Source of the DNA: a virus | Taxonomy: Duplodnaviria > Caudoviricetes | Strand: one strand, 5' to 3' | Length of the DNA stretch: 28,579 nt | Virus record (IMG/VR): IMGVR_UViG_3300029825_000038 | Span: 1-28,579 of that record | Shown: in pieces, positions 1-8,974 of the stretch | Layout of the letters: every line of letters starts with the position of its first letter | How positions within the stretch are numbered: the first letter of the stretch is position 1 | Program-made: the position numbers and the translations under genes | The notes under the pieces: generated by a model | Databases searched by the model: none | The model's input: only the letters and a program-made list of their open reading frames with translations | Told to the model about the DNA's origin: nothing

Positions 1-1005
1 AAGGAAATGCTGAATATCACCGACGGCTACCTTGATTTTGTCAAAGAACTTTCGTACAACTTCCCGGAAAAGCCGCACGTCGCCGTTGAACAGCAGGTGA
101 ATTTTGGCGATTACGTCCCCGAGGGCTTCGGAACTTGTGACTGCATTATTGTCGGCTCCGGCGTTTTGCACGTTGTCGATTTGAAATACGGGAAGGGCGT
201 CCCCGTTTACGCCGACCACAACCCGCAAATTATGCTTTATGCCGTCGGCGCGTTTCTTCGGTATTCCCTGATTTTTCCAATTCAGACCGTCCGCATGACG
301 ATTTATCAGCCCCGGCTTGAAAACGTATCAACGTTCGAAATGCCCGTTTCCGATTTGCTGGCGTGGGCCGAAAGCATCAAGCCCACCGCGCAGGCCGCGT
401 TCATGGGCATCGGGGAAATGAAACCGGGCGACTGGTGCCGATTTTGCCGAATCCGTGAAACGTGCCGCGTGAGGGCCGAAAAGGCCATGAGCGCCATTCG
501 CCATGCAAATACCGTCGGCGCGAACGTCGCCGCGCCCGCTGAACTATCCATTGATGAAGTCGCCGCGTTACTGACCGAACTAAACGACACGAACGCCGTG
601 AAATGGGCGAAACAACTTGAATCATACGCATTGAAGAAGGTTCTGGACGGCGAAAACGTCCCGGGCTGGAAAGCCGTTGAAGGGAGAACTTCGCGAAGTT
701 TCAAAGACTTTTCCGTTGTAGCGAAAAAACTTCTTGACAATGGCTATAAACGTGCTATGATATATAGGCAGGAGCCGGAAACGCTAACCGGGATTGAAAG
801 ATTGCTTGGCAAGGCAAAATTCAACGAACTTCTTGCCGAGGATATAACGAAAGCCCCGGGCAAGCCAACACTGGTTCCCGAATCCGACCCGCGCGAAGCA
901 TTCCACCGCGCAACAGCGGCGGACGACTTCAAAGACGCACCCGTTGAACCGCAAACCGCAGAACTGAAAACCGAAACAGCGCAGAGCGCAGAGAAAGGAA
1001 ATTGA
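1..1005 (+). CDS. DUF2800 family PD-(D/E)XK Cas4-like nuclease (probably 5'-truncated by the window edge)
   Basis: Motifs VEQQVNF, GFGTCDCII, VVDLKYGKG, NPQIMLYA, IYQPR, WCRFC...C and GWKAVEGRTSR. The frame is open from base 1, and the gene sits in its usual place upstream of DUF2815 and polA. Confidence 0.88.
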   Translation, partial: KEMLNITDGYLDFVKELSYNFPEKPHVAVEQQVNFGDYVPEGFGTCDCIIVGSGVLHVVDLKYGKGVPVYADHNPQIMLYAVGAFLRYSLIFPIQTVRMTIYQPRLENVSTFEMPVSDLLAWAESIKPTAQAAFMGIGEMKPGDWCRFCRIRETCRVRAEKAMSAIRHANTVGANVAAPAELSIDEVAALLTELNDTNAVKWAKQLESYALKKVLDGENVPGWKAVEGRTSRSFKDFSVVAKKLLDNGYKRAMIYRQEPETLTGIERLLGKAKFNELLAEDITKAPGKPTLVPESDPREAFHRATAADDFKDAPVEPQTAELKTETAQSAEKGN

Positions 1006-1009
1006 TTGT

Positions 1010-1771
1010 ATGTATCAGAATGACGCTTGTAAAGTAATGACCGGAAAGGCCCGCATTTCCTATGCCCATCTTACCCGCCCGTATGCCCACGATGAAAAGA
1101 GTGACCCGAAATATTCCGCAACGTTCCTAATTCCCAAAACCGACACCGCGACAAAGGCACAGCTTGACGCCGCTATCGCCGCCGCTATCGAAGCCGGGAA
1201 GCAGGGCAAATGGAACGGGGTTGTTCCGCCCCGCGTGGCTACCCCGATTTGGGACGGCGACGGCGTGAGGGCGTCCGGCGAACCATTCGGCGAAGAAGCG
1301 AAGGGTTGCTGGGTTTTCACCGCTTCCAGCAAACAGCGCCCCGGAATCGTGGACGCCAATATTCAGCCGATTATCGACGAAAACGAAATTTATTCCGGTA
1401 TGTATGCCCGGGCGACTATCCGCTTTTTTGCCTACGCTTCGAATGGCAAGAAGGGAATCGGCGTTGGGCTGAACAACGTTCAGAAATTGGCGGACGGCGA
1501 ACCGCTGGGCGGCAGAACTTCCGCAGAATTCGACTTCGGCGGCGGCGCTCCGGCGTATCCCCCGCAGGGTATGCCCATTCAGCCCGCCGCGCCGCAGGCC
1601 GCCTCCCAGTACGCGCCGCGGGCTCCGCAGGCCGCGCCGACTTATAACTACGCGGCCCCCGCTCCGGCACAGCCGCAAGCGGCCCCGGCTCCGCAGTATG
1701 CACCGCAGGACGCGCCCGCTATTAACCCCATCACCGGGCAGCCGATAAACGGCGGAATCTTGGGGGTTTAA
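1010..1771 (+). CDS. ssb: DUF2815 family phage single-stranded DNA-binding protein with Pro/Ala/Gln-rich tail
   Basis: ARISYAHL, KYSATFLIPK, DGD, EIYSGMYAR, GKKGIGVGLNNVQKLADGEPLGG. RBS GAAAGGAA upstream. Confidence 0.9.
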   Translation: MYQNDACKVMTGKARISYAHLTRPYAHDEKSDPKYSATFLIPKTDTATKAQLDAAIAAAIEAGKQGKWNGVVPPRVATPIWDGDGVRASGEPFGEEAKGCWVFTASSKQRPGIVDANIQPIIDENEIYSGMYARATIRFFAYASNGKKGIGVGLNNVQKLADGEPLGGRTSAEFDFGGGAPAYPPQGMPIQPAAPQAASQYAPRAPQAAPTYNYAAPAPAQPQAAPAPQYAPQDAPAINPITGQPINGGILGV

Positions 1772-1773
1772 AA

Positions 1774-3762
1774 ATGAATACCTTATCGCTGGATTTTGAA
1801 ACGTATTGCGATAAGGATATTAAAAAGACGGGCGCGTATAGATACATTCGCGACCCGTCTTTTGCTATCCTTTTAACCGCGTATAGCATCAACGGCGGCC
1901 CCGTGATTCAGATAGACCACACCGAAGGGGAAGCGTTCCCGGATATGCTTGTTGAACGTCTTTTCGACCCGACCTATATAAAACGGGCGTGGAATGCGAC
2001 CTTCGAATGGTACGTCTTATGTAAAGTGCTGAACGTCCACGACCCCATAAACTGGCTTCGTCAATGGCAGGATACCATGATTTGTTCCCTTTATTGCGGC
2101 TTCCCGGCGTCTTTGGGCGCGGCGGGCGACGCCATGGGGCTTCCACAGGATAAGAAGAAGGACGCGCAGGGTAAAGCCCTTATCCGCTATTTTTGCACCC
2201 CGCGCAAGGCAACGAAGAAGAACGCCGCGACGCGTAACTTTCCCATTGACGACCCCGAGAAATGGCAGACGTTCAAAGACTACAACAGGCAGGACGTCGT
2301 TACAGAAATGTTCATCGGGAACCGCCTTTACAACTTCGCGCCGACGCCGGAAGTATGGGCGGACTGGCGGCTTGACCAGCAGATAAACGCGCACGGCGTC
2401 CGGGTTGATGAACAGTTGATTGACGGCGCGATTTATTGTTCCAGCGTTGCGACCGCCGAAGCCATGGAAAAGGCGAAAGAACTTTCCGGGTTGCAGAATC
2501 CGAACAGCGTGCAGCAGCTTACCGCGTGGATTCAGCGGGAGAGCGACGACGGCGTGGAACTGGAAAACTTACGGAAGGATACCGTTTCCGAAATGCTCAA
2601 AACGACCGATAACGAAAAAATCGCGTCTATGCTGAAACTACGTCAAGAACTTGGGAAAACGTCCGTCAAGAAATACGCGTCCATGCAAAACGCCGTTTGC
2701 GGCGACCACCGCGTCCGGGGGCTTTTACAGTATTACGGCGCGCAGAGAACGGGCCGCTGGGCGGGGCGTCTGGTACAGGTTCAGAATTTGCCGCAGAACC
2801 ATCTTCCCGCGCTTTCGCTGGCCCGTGACCTTATCAAAGCAAAGAACATCAACGGCACTAAATTCATGTTCGGAAATATCCCTGACACGCTTTCCCAGCT
2901 TATCCGAACCGCGTTTGTGCCGTCCGAAGGTTGCGAATTCGCCGTCGCTGACTTTTCCGCGATTGAAGCCCGTGTTATCGCGTGGTTCGCCGGGGAGAAA
3001 TGGCGGCAGGACGTGTTCGCCCGGGGCGGGAAGATTTACGAGGAATCCGCCGCTTCCATGTTCGGCGTTCCCGTCGAATCCATCAAGAAGGGCGACCCGC
3101 TCCGACAGCGCGGCAAAGTCGCGGAACTGGCGCTGGGGTATCAGGGCGGCGTTGGCGCTTTAAAAACCATGGACAGGAACCACGAAATCCCCGAAGAAGA
3201 TATGCCCGATATTGTGCGCCGCTGGCGGGCCGCGTCGCCGCGTATTTGTGATTTGTGGTATAAGATGCAGGAAGCCGCCCTTGACACGATAGAAACGGGC
3301 AGGGCGAACGTTGTGCAGAACAAGGTAACTTTCCGCCGGGAAATTGACGCCGCGAACGGCCTTGATTTCCTTACGCTTCAACTACCGTCCGGGCGTCGGT
3401 TATTCTATGACCACCCGATTATTTCATACGATGATAGAGGACGCCCCCGCATTCAGTACCACGGGGCCGACCAGAAAACGCACCGCTGGACAGCACTTGA
3501 CACTTACGGCGGGAAGCTGGTTGAAAACGCGGTACAGGCAATCGCCCGCGATTGTTTGGCGGTATCTATGGAACGGCTTGCGGCGGCGGGATTTCAGATT
3601 GTTTTTCACGTTCACGACGAAGTTATTCTGGACTGCCCGAAGGGCCGCTGGGCCGACCCTTACGCGACCGCCGTTGATATTATGCGGCAACCCATTCCAT
3701 GGGCGCAGGGGCTTATTCTGAACGCCGACGGATTCACCGCATCGTTTTACAAAAAAGACTAA
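1774..3762 (+). CDS. Phage family A DNA polymerase (3'-5' exonuclease plus polymerase domains)
   Basis: Exo I LDFET, RTGRWAGRLVQVQNLP, motif A DFSAIEAR, motif B RQRGKVAELALGY, motif C HVHDEV. Confidence 0.96.
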   Translation: MNTLSLDFETYCDKDIKKTGAYRYIRDPSFAILLTAYSINGGPVIQIDHTEGEAFPDMLVERLFDPTYIKRAWNATFEWYVLCKVLNVHDPINWLRQWQDTMICSLYCGFPASLGAAGDAMGLPQDKKKDAQGKALIRYFCTPRKATKKNAATRNFPIDDPEKWQTFKDYNRQDVVTEMFIGNRLYNFAPTPEVWADWRLDQQINAHGVRVDEQLIDGAIYCSSVATAEAMEKAKELSGLQNPNSVQQLTAWIQRESDDGVELENLRKDTVSEMLKTTDNEKIASMLKLRQELGKTSVKKYASMQNAVCGDHRVRGLLQYYGAQRTGRWAGRLVQVQNLPQNHLPALSLARDLIKAKNINGTKFMFGNIPDTLSQLIRTAFVPSEGCEFAVADFSAIEARVIAWFAGEKWRQDVFARGGKIYEESAASMFGVPVESIKKGDPLRQRGKVAELALGYQGGVGALKTMDRNHEIPEEDMPDIVRRWRAASPRICDLWYKMQEAALDTIETGRANVVQNKVTFRREIDAANGLDFLTLQLPSGRRLFYDHPIISYDDRGRPRIQYHGADQKTHRWTALDTYGGKLVENAVQAIARDCLAVSMERLAAAGFQIVFHVHDEVILDCPKGRWADPYATAVDIMRQPIPWAQGLILNADGFTASFYKKD

Positions 3763-3768
3763 AAATTC

Positions 3769-3796
3769 TTGACAAAGCATAAAACGCGCGTATAAT
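3769..3796 (+). promoter_or_regulatory. Consensus sigma70/sigmaA promoter (TTGACA-16 bp-TATAAT)
   Basis: Exact -35 (3769-3774) and -10 (3791-3796) hexamers in the intergenic gap after polA, followed by a GGCCCGG/CCGGGCC hairpin (3805-3828) in the leader. Confidence 0.8.
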
Positions 3797-3853
3797 TAGA
3801 GATAGGCCCGGTAATACGACGCCGGGCCGTTTCTGAATAAGGGGGGATTTATC

Positions 3854-4051
3854 ATGACAACAGTAAAAGCGACGGCCCATGAACTTATTTCCGGTTTATG
3901 GGTTCTTATTACAAACCGCGCCGACGGTACTTTAGGCCGGGTTTTAGGGTACGGGCATACCCGCGAAGCGCTGGCCCGACTTAACCCGCCCGAATGCCGC
4001 GGCAAGAAAATCGTTATAGAGGAATACAAGTATCTAAAAACGGGGGACTGA
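3854..4051 (+). CDS. Small hypothetical protein (65 aa)
   Basis: ATG with AAGGGGGGATTT RBS directly downstream of a consensus promoter. Fills the gap up to the primase gene. Confidence 0.75.
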   Translation: MTTVKATAHELISGLWVLITNRADGTLGRVLGYGHTREALARLNPPECRGKKIVIEEYKYLKTGD

Positions 4052-4055
4052 TTCA

Positions 4056-6758
4056 ATGGCTATCACAAATACGGCCTACGCGCCCGCAGAGGGCGTAAAA
4101 GCCCCGGGGGGTGAAACCGCCCAAGTGTTCGCCGTAACGACCGCACAGGGGCGCACAGGCCCCACATGGACGCGACAGTCGGCAACATGGGAACAGTTTT
4201 GCGAATCCTTGCGGAAACCGATTCAAAAGCGTATCACATTAGACCAGTACCGGGCCTTGGACGGCGATAAAAAGGGCTGGGCGAAAGACGGCCCTTGCTT
4301 CGTCGGCGGACGGCTTTCCAGCAACACGAAGCGCGGGAAGAAAACGCTGATTGACCGCGATTTAATTGTTCTGGACGTCGACAGCATCAAGCCGGACGGA
4401 AGAAGCGCGACGGGCCTTGCGGCGATTCAGCTTGCCGTTGCGGCGCTGGGCCGGGCGTTTGCCCTTTATACGACCCCGACGCATACGCCGCAGAAACCCC
4501 GCGCCCGAATAGTATTTCCGTTATCCCGCTCCGTATCCCCGCAGGAATACGAAGCAATCGCGCGCCGGATTGCGAACCTAATTGACCCGGCTTTAGGCGA
4601 CCCCGAACGCGGAACTTGTATGTTCGATGCAACGACCTTCGAGCCGGAACGGCTCATGTATTATCCGGCTGTTTTTGGGGGCGGGCAGTATTATGAACTG
4701 GATAACTTATCTGGCGGCGCGGCGGGCTTTCCGCCCGTCGACGCGGACGCCATGCTTGAAGCCTATGGGCCGGAAAACGCGTGGTGCGATTGCTCACGCT
4801 GGCCCGGGCTTTCGGCGCAGAAAATCGACGAACACCGTAAATTCGGGCAGTTGAAAACGTCGCCGCTGAAATCGTCGAATCCTTGGGTTCGGGCCTTTTG
4901 CACGGCGTACAATATCCGGGAAGCCATGGAAGCCTTTTTGCCGGACGTGTACGGCTTTGATAACGACGGGCGCGTTCAGCTTATCGGCGGGAGCCGCGCG
5001 GACGGCTGTTTGATTTTCGATTACGCCGACGGCGCGCCCGAGGACTTCGCGCAAGACCAGTTTTTCGTATCCTACCACAACACCGACCCGACGCAGGGGC
5101 AGGAAGTCAACGCGTTCGACCTTGTGCGAATCTGGAAGTTCGGGGAAACCGACAAGGACGCCGACCCGAAAACCCGTCCGACTTCGCGCCCGTCTTTTGG
5201 CGCTATGGTTCAATGGATAAAAGACGAACTGCCCGAAGTCGTCGACCTTGCGGCAAAGTTCACCGTGTTAGTGCCCACGACGCCGCAGGACGACTTTTCC
5301 GGCGTCCCCCGTATGCTGGGGCGGCTGGCAGTTGGTGAACCAGCAGACGGCGAGAACTGGCGCAGTAAAGCCGACCTAACCGAAGTAAAGGGCGTATGGC
5401 AAAGTACGATTGAAAACGTCAAGCTGATTCTTCGGAACGACCCGGGGCTTTCCGGGCGCATCGGGAAGGACACGTTCAGCGGGAACCGCATTTGCGTTCG
5501 CCCGCTTCCATGGGATTATGAAAAGAACGTTCTTGTCCGCCCGGGTGATGCAATTTGGGGCGAAGCCGGGGCCGACGACGCGCAGTTACGCGCCTATTTG
5601 TCGAAACACTACGGCGTAAAGGGCGACAAGATTATCGACGACGGGGCCGCGATTGTCGCGGATTTGAACCAGTTCAACACCGTGGCGGATTGGCTGAACG
5701 GCCTTGAATGGGACGGCGAAAAGCGGCTGGAAACGATGCTGATTGACTACTTCGGCGTCGAGGACGACCCCGCCGGATACGTCCGGGCCGCGACGCGAAA
5801 AATGATGATGGCGGCAGTTCGACGCGCCCGGCTGGATATTGGCGAAACGTATAAATTCGATAACGTTTTAACGTTCATCGGGGAACAGGGGGCCGGAAAA
5901 TCGACCTTCTTCAAAAAACTGTTGCAGTCGCACCCGCGCTTGTTCTCCGACCAAATGAAAAGTCTGGACGACAAGAACAAGGATAATCAGATTACCATGC
6001 AGGGTTTTTTAATTATGGAACTGGGCGAGTTGAACGCCCTTCGTAAAGCCGACAGGGACGCCGCAAAGAAAGTCATAACGGCGGAGTGCGACACGTACCG
6101 CGAACCATACGGCAAAGTCGCGACCGCTCACCCGCGCCGTTGCGTGCTGATTGGCACGGGCAACGTGTTCGAATTCTTGAATGACCCGACAGGCGGGCGG
6201 CGTTTCTGGCCTATTGATATTCCCGCGAACTATAAGAAGCGCAGGACAAAAAGCCTTTGGGACGATTTGACCGCCGACGTCGCGGAACAGATATGGGCCG
6301 AAGCCGTGGCGTTCGCAAACACAGCGGAAAGAACGGATATGGATACGCCGGAACTTCGGGCGGCGGCGGCTGGGGCGCAGGAAGCCCACAACGAGGAAAA
6401 CCCGCTTGCGGCAGACGTGGCGGAATTCCTTGACCGGGAAGTTCCCGCTGACTGGGGTTCCGTGCAGAACAAGGTTCCCGTTTGGCCGCTGGAACGCCGC
6501 CGGGCATACTGGGCGGGCGGCGACACGTTCGACGGCGCGACCGTGGAGCGGGACAGCGTGACCATAACGGAAATACTTCTGGAACTTTTCCCGGGCCGCT
6601 ATCCCGACGCCGCCGCGATTCAACCAAAAGACAGCGCCGCATTCCGCGACGTGCTGACCGCGCTTCCCGGCTGGAACTTTGCTTCCCGGAAAGTTCGTCA
6701 TGGGCCTTACGGCATCGTCCGCGTATGGAAGCGCCAAAATGCAGGAAGCACAGACTGA
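4056..6758 (+). CDS. Primase-helicase: N-terminal AEP/primpol-like domain plus VirE/VapE-family P-loop helicase
   Basis: N-terminal LIVLDVD, YTTPTHTPQKPRARIVFPL and FEPERLMYYP. C-terminal Walker A GEQGAGKST, ELGEL, YREPYG, GTGN..FLNDPTGGRRFWPI, QIWAEA. Confidence 0.9.
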   Translation: MAITNTAYAPAEGVKAPGGETAQVFAVTTAQGRTGPTWTRQSATWEQFCESLRKPIQKRITLDQYRALDGDKKGWAKDGPCFVGGRLSSNTKRGKKTLIDRDLIVLDVDSIKPDGRSATGLAAIQLAVAALGRAFALYTTPTHTPQKPRARIVFPLSRSVSPQEYEAIARRIANLIDPALGDPERGTCMFDATTFEPERLMYYPAVFGGGQYYELDNLSGGAAGFPPVDADAMLEAYGPENAWCDCSRWPGLSAQKIDEHRKFGQLKTSPLKSSNPWVRAFCTAYNIREAMEAFLPDVYGFDNDGRVQLIGGSRADGCLIFDYADGAPEDFAQDQFFVSYHNTDPTQGQEVNAFDLVRIWKFGETDKDADPKTRPTSRPSFGAMVQWIKDELPEVVDLAAKFTVLVPTTPQDDFSGVPRMLGRLAVGEPADGENWRSKADLTEVKGVWQSTIENVKLILRNDPGLSGRIGKDTFSGNRICVRPLPWDYEKNVLVRPGDAIWGEAGADDAQLRAYLSKHYGVKGDKIIDDGAAIVADLNQFNTVADWLNGLEWDGEKRLETMLIDYFGVEDDPAGYVRAATRKMMMAAVRRARLDIGETYKFDNVLTFIGEQGAGKSTFFKKLLQSHPRLFSDQMKSLDDKNKDNQITMQGFLIMELGELNALRKADRDAAKKVITAECDTYREPYGKVATAHPRRCVLIGTGNVFEFLNDPTGGRRFWPIDIPANYKKRRTKSLWDDLTADVAEQIWAEAVAFANTAERTDMDTPELRAAAAGAQEAHNEENPLAADVAEFLDREVPADWGSVQNKVPVWPLERRRAYWAGGDTFDGATVERDSVTITEILLELFPGRYPDAAAIQPKDSAAFRDVLTALPGWNFASRKVRHGPYGIVRVWKRQNAGSTD

Positions 6759-6769
6759 ACTTGCAAAAG

Positions 6770-7107
6770 CCCGTGTTGCCACCCGGCAACATAGCGGCAA
6801 CACGGGAAAGGGTATTTGTGAACAAATTGTAAACAACTTTCAATTCCGTGTTGCCACTGAACTGCCCGGCAACACGAAACGGCAACACGGATTCTGATTA
6901 AGCCCAAACCCCGAAACCCCCATTATTACTACCTTTTTTACTCTTTAAAGAGGGTATAAATATAAGATGTTGCCAATGTTGCCAATGTTGCCGTTGTTTG
7001 AACAAAACTTGGAACTGACCGAATTTACTTTAGTTAGTTGAAGTATTTTAGACGAGTACAGAAAAGTCTTGGAACAGGGGCAACAGCGGCAACATTGGCA
7101 ACACGGG
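6770..7107. repeat. Iteron-rich palindromic element, copy 1 (putative replication origin)
   Basis: 12 TGTTGCC/GGCAACA heptamers in both orientations, including a 3x 9-bp-period tandem (ATGTTGCCA) facing an inverted trio, around an AT-rich core. Lies immediately downstream of the primase-helicase gene. Confidence 0.8.
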
Positions 7108-7166
7108 TTTTTGACGGGTTGCATTTGCGGGGCTTCGGCGTTCAAAAATTCAAAGGGGGATTTTCT

Positions 7167-7508
7167 ATGACAAAGCGCGATACGCGACCGCTGGAATCGG
7201 CGGAAGAAGCATATTTCACAAAACGGGTTCGGGAAGCTGGCGGGTGGTCATACAAATTCGGGCAGAACGGATTACCCGACCGAATTGTTCTTTTTCCCGG
7301 CGGCGTCGTTATCTTCGTCGAAATGAAGCGGCAGGGGGAACGGCCCCGGCCCTTGCAGGATAAACAGCAACGCGTTCTCCATGAAATGGGGGCCTACGTC
7401 GTGCCGTTCATTGATTCTCACGCCGGAACCGATGAATTCATACGATACGTTAAAGCCGGGAAGCTGAAAACGTATCTGGAAAGGTTCTGGAAGAATGAAA
7501 CGGTATGA
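7167..7508 (+). CDS. VRR-NUC domain nuclease (Holliday-junction resolvase-like)
   Basis: E..E...VREAGGWSYKF..GLPDRIVLFPGG..IFVEMKRQGERPRPLQ. ATG at 7167 follows an AAAGGGGGATTTT RBS, so the start is trimmed from the 7038 ORF call. Confidence 0.9.
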   Translation: MTKRDTRPLESAEEAYFTKRVREAGGWSYKFGQNGLPDRIVLFPGGVVIFVEMKRQGERPRPLQDKQQRVLHEMGAYVVPFIDSHAGTDEFIRYVKAGKLKTYLERFWKNETV

Positions 7509-8943
7509 GCCGCACCCGTATCAAGTTTTTGGAATATCGTTCATGATAACACACCCGGAAGCGGGCCTATTCCTTGATATGGGAATGGGAAAAACGTCCA
7601 TCGTTTTAACCGCGCTGAACGATTTGAAATATAACCGCTTTCAAGTGAACAAGGTTCTTGTTATCGCGCCGAAGAAGGTTGCGCTGACAACGTGGAACGA
7701 TGAAACGGAAAAATGGGCGCACTTGAAAAGCTATCGCGTCGTTCGGGTGCTTGGCCCCGTTCGAAAACGCGTCCGGGCGCTGAACACCCCGGCGGATATG
7801 TACGTTATCAATCGCGAGAATACCCAGTGGCTTGTCGACTATTACGGGAATGACTGGCCTTTTGATACCGTGGTTCTGGACGAATCAAGCAGTTTCAAAA
7901 ACCACCGGGCGAAGCGGTTTAAAGCGTTGACGTGGATACGTTCCCACGTCCGGCGGCTTTACTGCCTGACCGGGACGCCCGCGCCGAACGGGTTGCTTGA
8001 CTTGTGGGCGCAAGTGTTTTTGATGGACGGCGGAAAGCGGCTTGGTAAAACCTTTTCCCAGTTCCGCGAACGCTGGTTCGACGCCGACCAGCGGAACGCC
8101 CAGCAGATTTTCAGTTACAAGCCGAAGCCGGGGGCCGAAGAAGAAATTTATGCCGCGATTTCAGATATTTGTATTTCCATGCGGGCAGATGATTATTTGA
8201 CCTTGCCGGATATGCAAATTATCGAACACCCCGTTATTCTGGAAGGGGCCGCGAAGAACGCCTACGACACGTTGGAACGCGATATGCTGTTACAGGTTGA
8301 CCCGGAAACGGAAATCACCGCGCAGACGCGGGCCGTGCTGGGGAACAAACTGCTGCAGTTGTGCAACGGGGCCGTGTACGACGAAAACCGGAAGGTTATC
8401 AAGATACACGATGAAAAATTAGACGTGTTTTCCGAAGTGCTGGACGCCTTGCAGGGCAAACCCGCTATTGTGTTCTATTCGTATAAGCACGACCTTGAAC
8501 GAATCACGGAGCGGCTAAAAGGGCGCGGCCTACGCGTCCGCAAGCTGGAAACGGCGCAGGACGAACGCGACTGGAACGCCGGGCTGATTGATGTCCTGTT
8601 AGCGCACCCGGCTTCGTGCGCCTACGGGCTGAACTTGCAGGACGGCGGAAACCATGTTATCTGGTTCGGGCTGAATTGGAGCCTTGAACTATTCCAGCAG
8701 GCAAATAAACGCTTGCACAGGCAGGGGCAGAAGCAGAAGGTTTTCATTCACATTCTGGCGGTTCGCGGCGGCGCGGACGAAGATGTTCTTGCGGCGCTGG
8801 GCGACAAGAACGACGCGCAGGAACGATTATTGAACAGCTTGAAAGCCCGTATCGACCGGGCGCGCAGCGGGCAAGTAATCGACAGCAACGAAGCCGTGAA
8901 CACCGAAGAAATTTCCAAAAATTTATTGACAGAAGCGAATTGA
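7495..8943 (+). CDS. SNF2-family (DEAD/H-like) phage helicase
   Basis: PHPYQ, LFLDMGMGKT, VLVIAP, VVLDESS, LTGTPAPN, GLNLQ, QANKRLHRQGQ. Confidence 0.94.
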   Translation: MKRYEPHPYQVFGISFMITHPEAGLFLDMGMGKTSIVLTALNDLKYNRFQVNKVLVIAPKKVALTTWNDETEKWAHLKSYRVVRVLGPVRKRVRALNTPADMYVINRENTQWLVDYYGNDWPFDTVVLDESSSFKNHRAKRFKALTWIRSHVRRLYCLTGTPAPNGLLDLWAQVFLMDGGKRLGKTFSQFRERWFDADQRNAQQIFSYKPKPGAEEEIYAAISDICISMRADDYLTLPDMQIIEHPVILEGAAKNAYDTLERDMLLQVDPETEITAQTRAVLGNKLLQLCNGAVYDENRKVIKIHDEKLDVFSEVLDALQGKPAIVFYSYKHDLERITERLKGRGLRVRKLETAQDERDWNAGLIDVLLAHPASCAYGLNLQDGGNHVIWFGLNWSLELFQQANKRLHRQGQKQKVFIHILAVRGGADEDVLAALGDKNDAQERLLNSLKARIDRARSGQVIDSNEAVNTEEISKNLLTEAN

Positions 8944-8954
8944 TTTTGTATAAT
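8926..8954 (+). promoter_or_regulatory. Consensus sigma70/sigmaA promoter (TTGACA-17 bp-TATAAT)
   Basis: TTGACA at 8926-8931 and TATAAT at 8949-8954, 20 bp upstream of the RBS-bearing ATG at 8975. Confidence 0.85.
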
Positions 8955-8974
8955 CAAGAAAAGGGGGATTTTTC

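Noticed and set aside
6009-7145. Several ORFs on both strands over the primase 3' end and the iteron region, and the 7038 TTG start for VRR-NUC
   Set aside because: They are shadow frames of a GC-rich gene or translations of repeats (CCQCCRCC). The real VRR-NUC start has an RBS at 7167.
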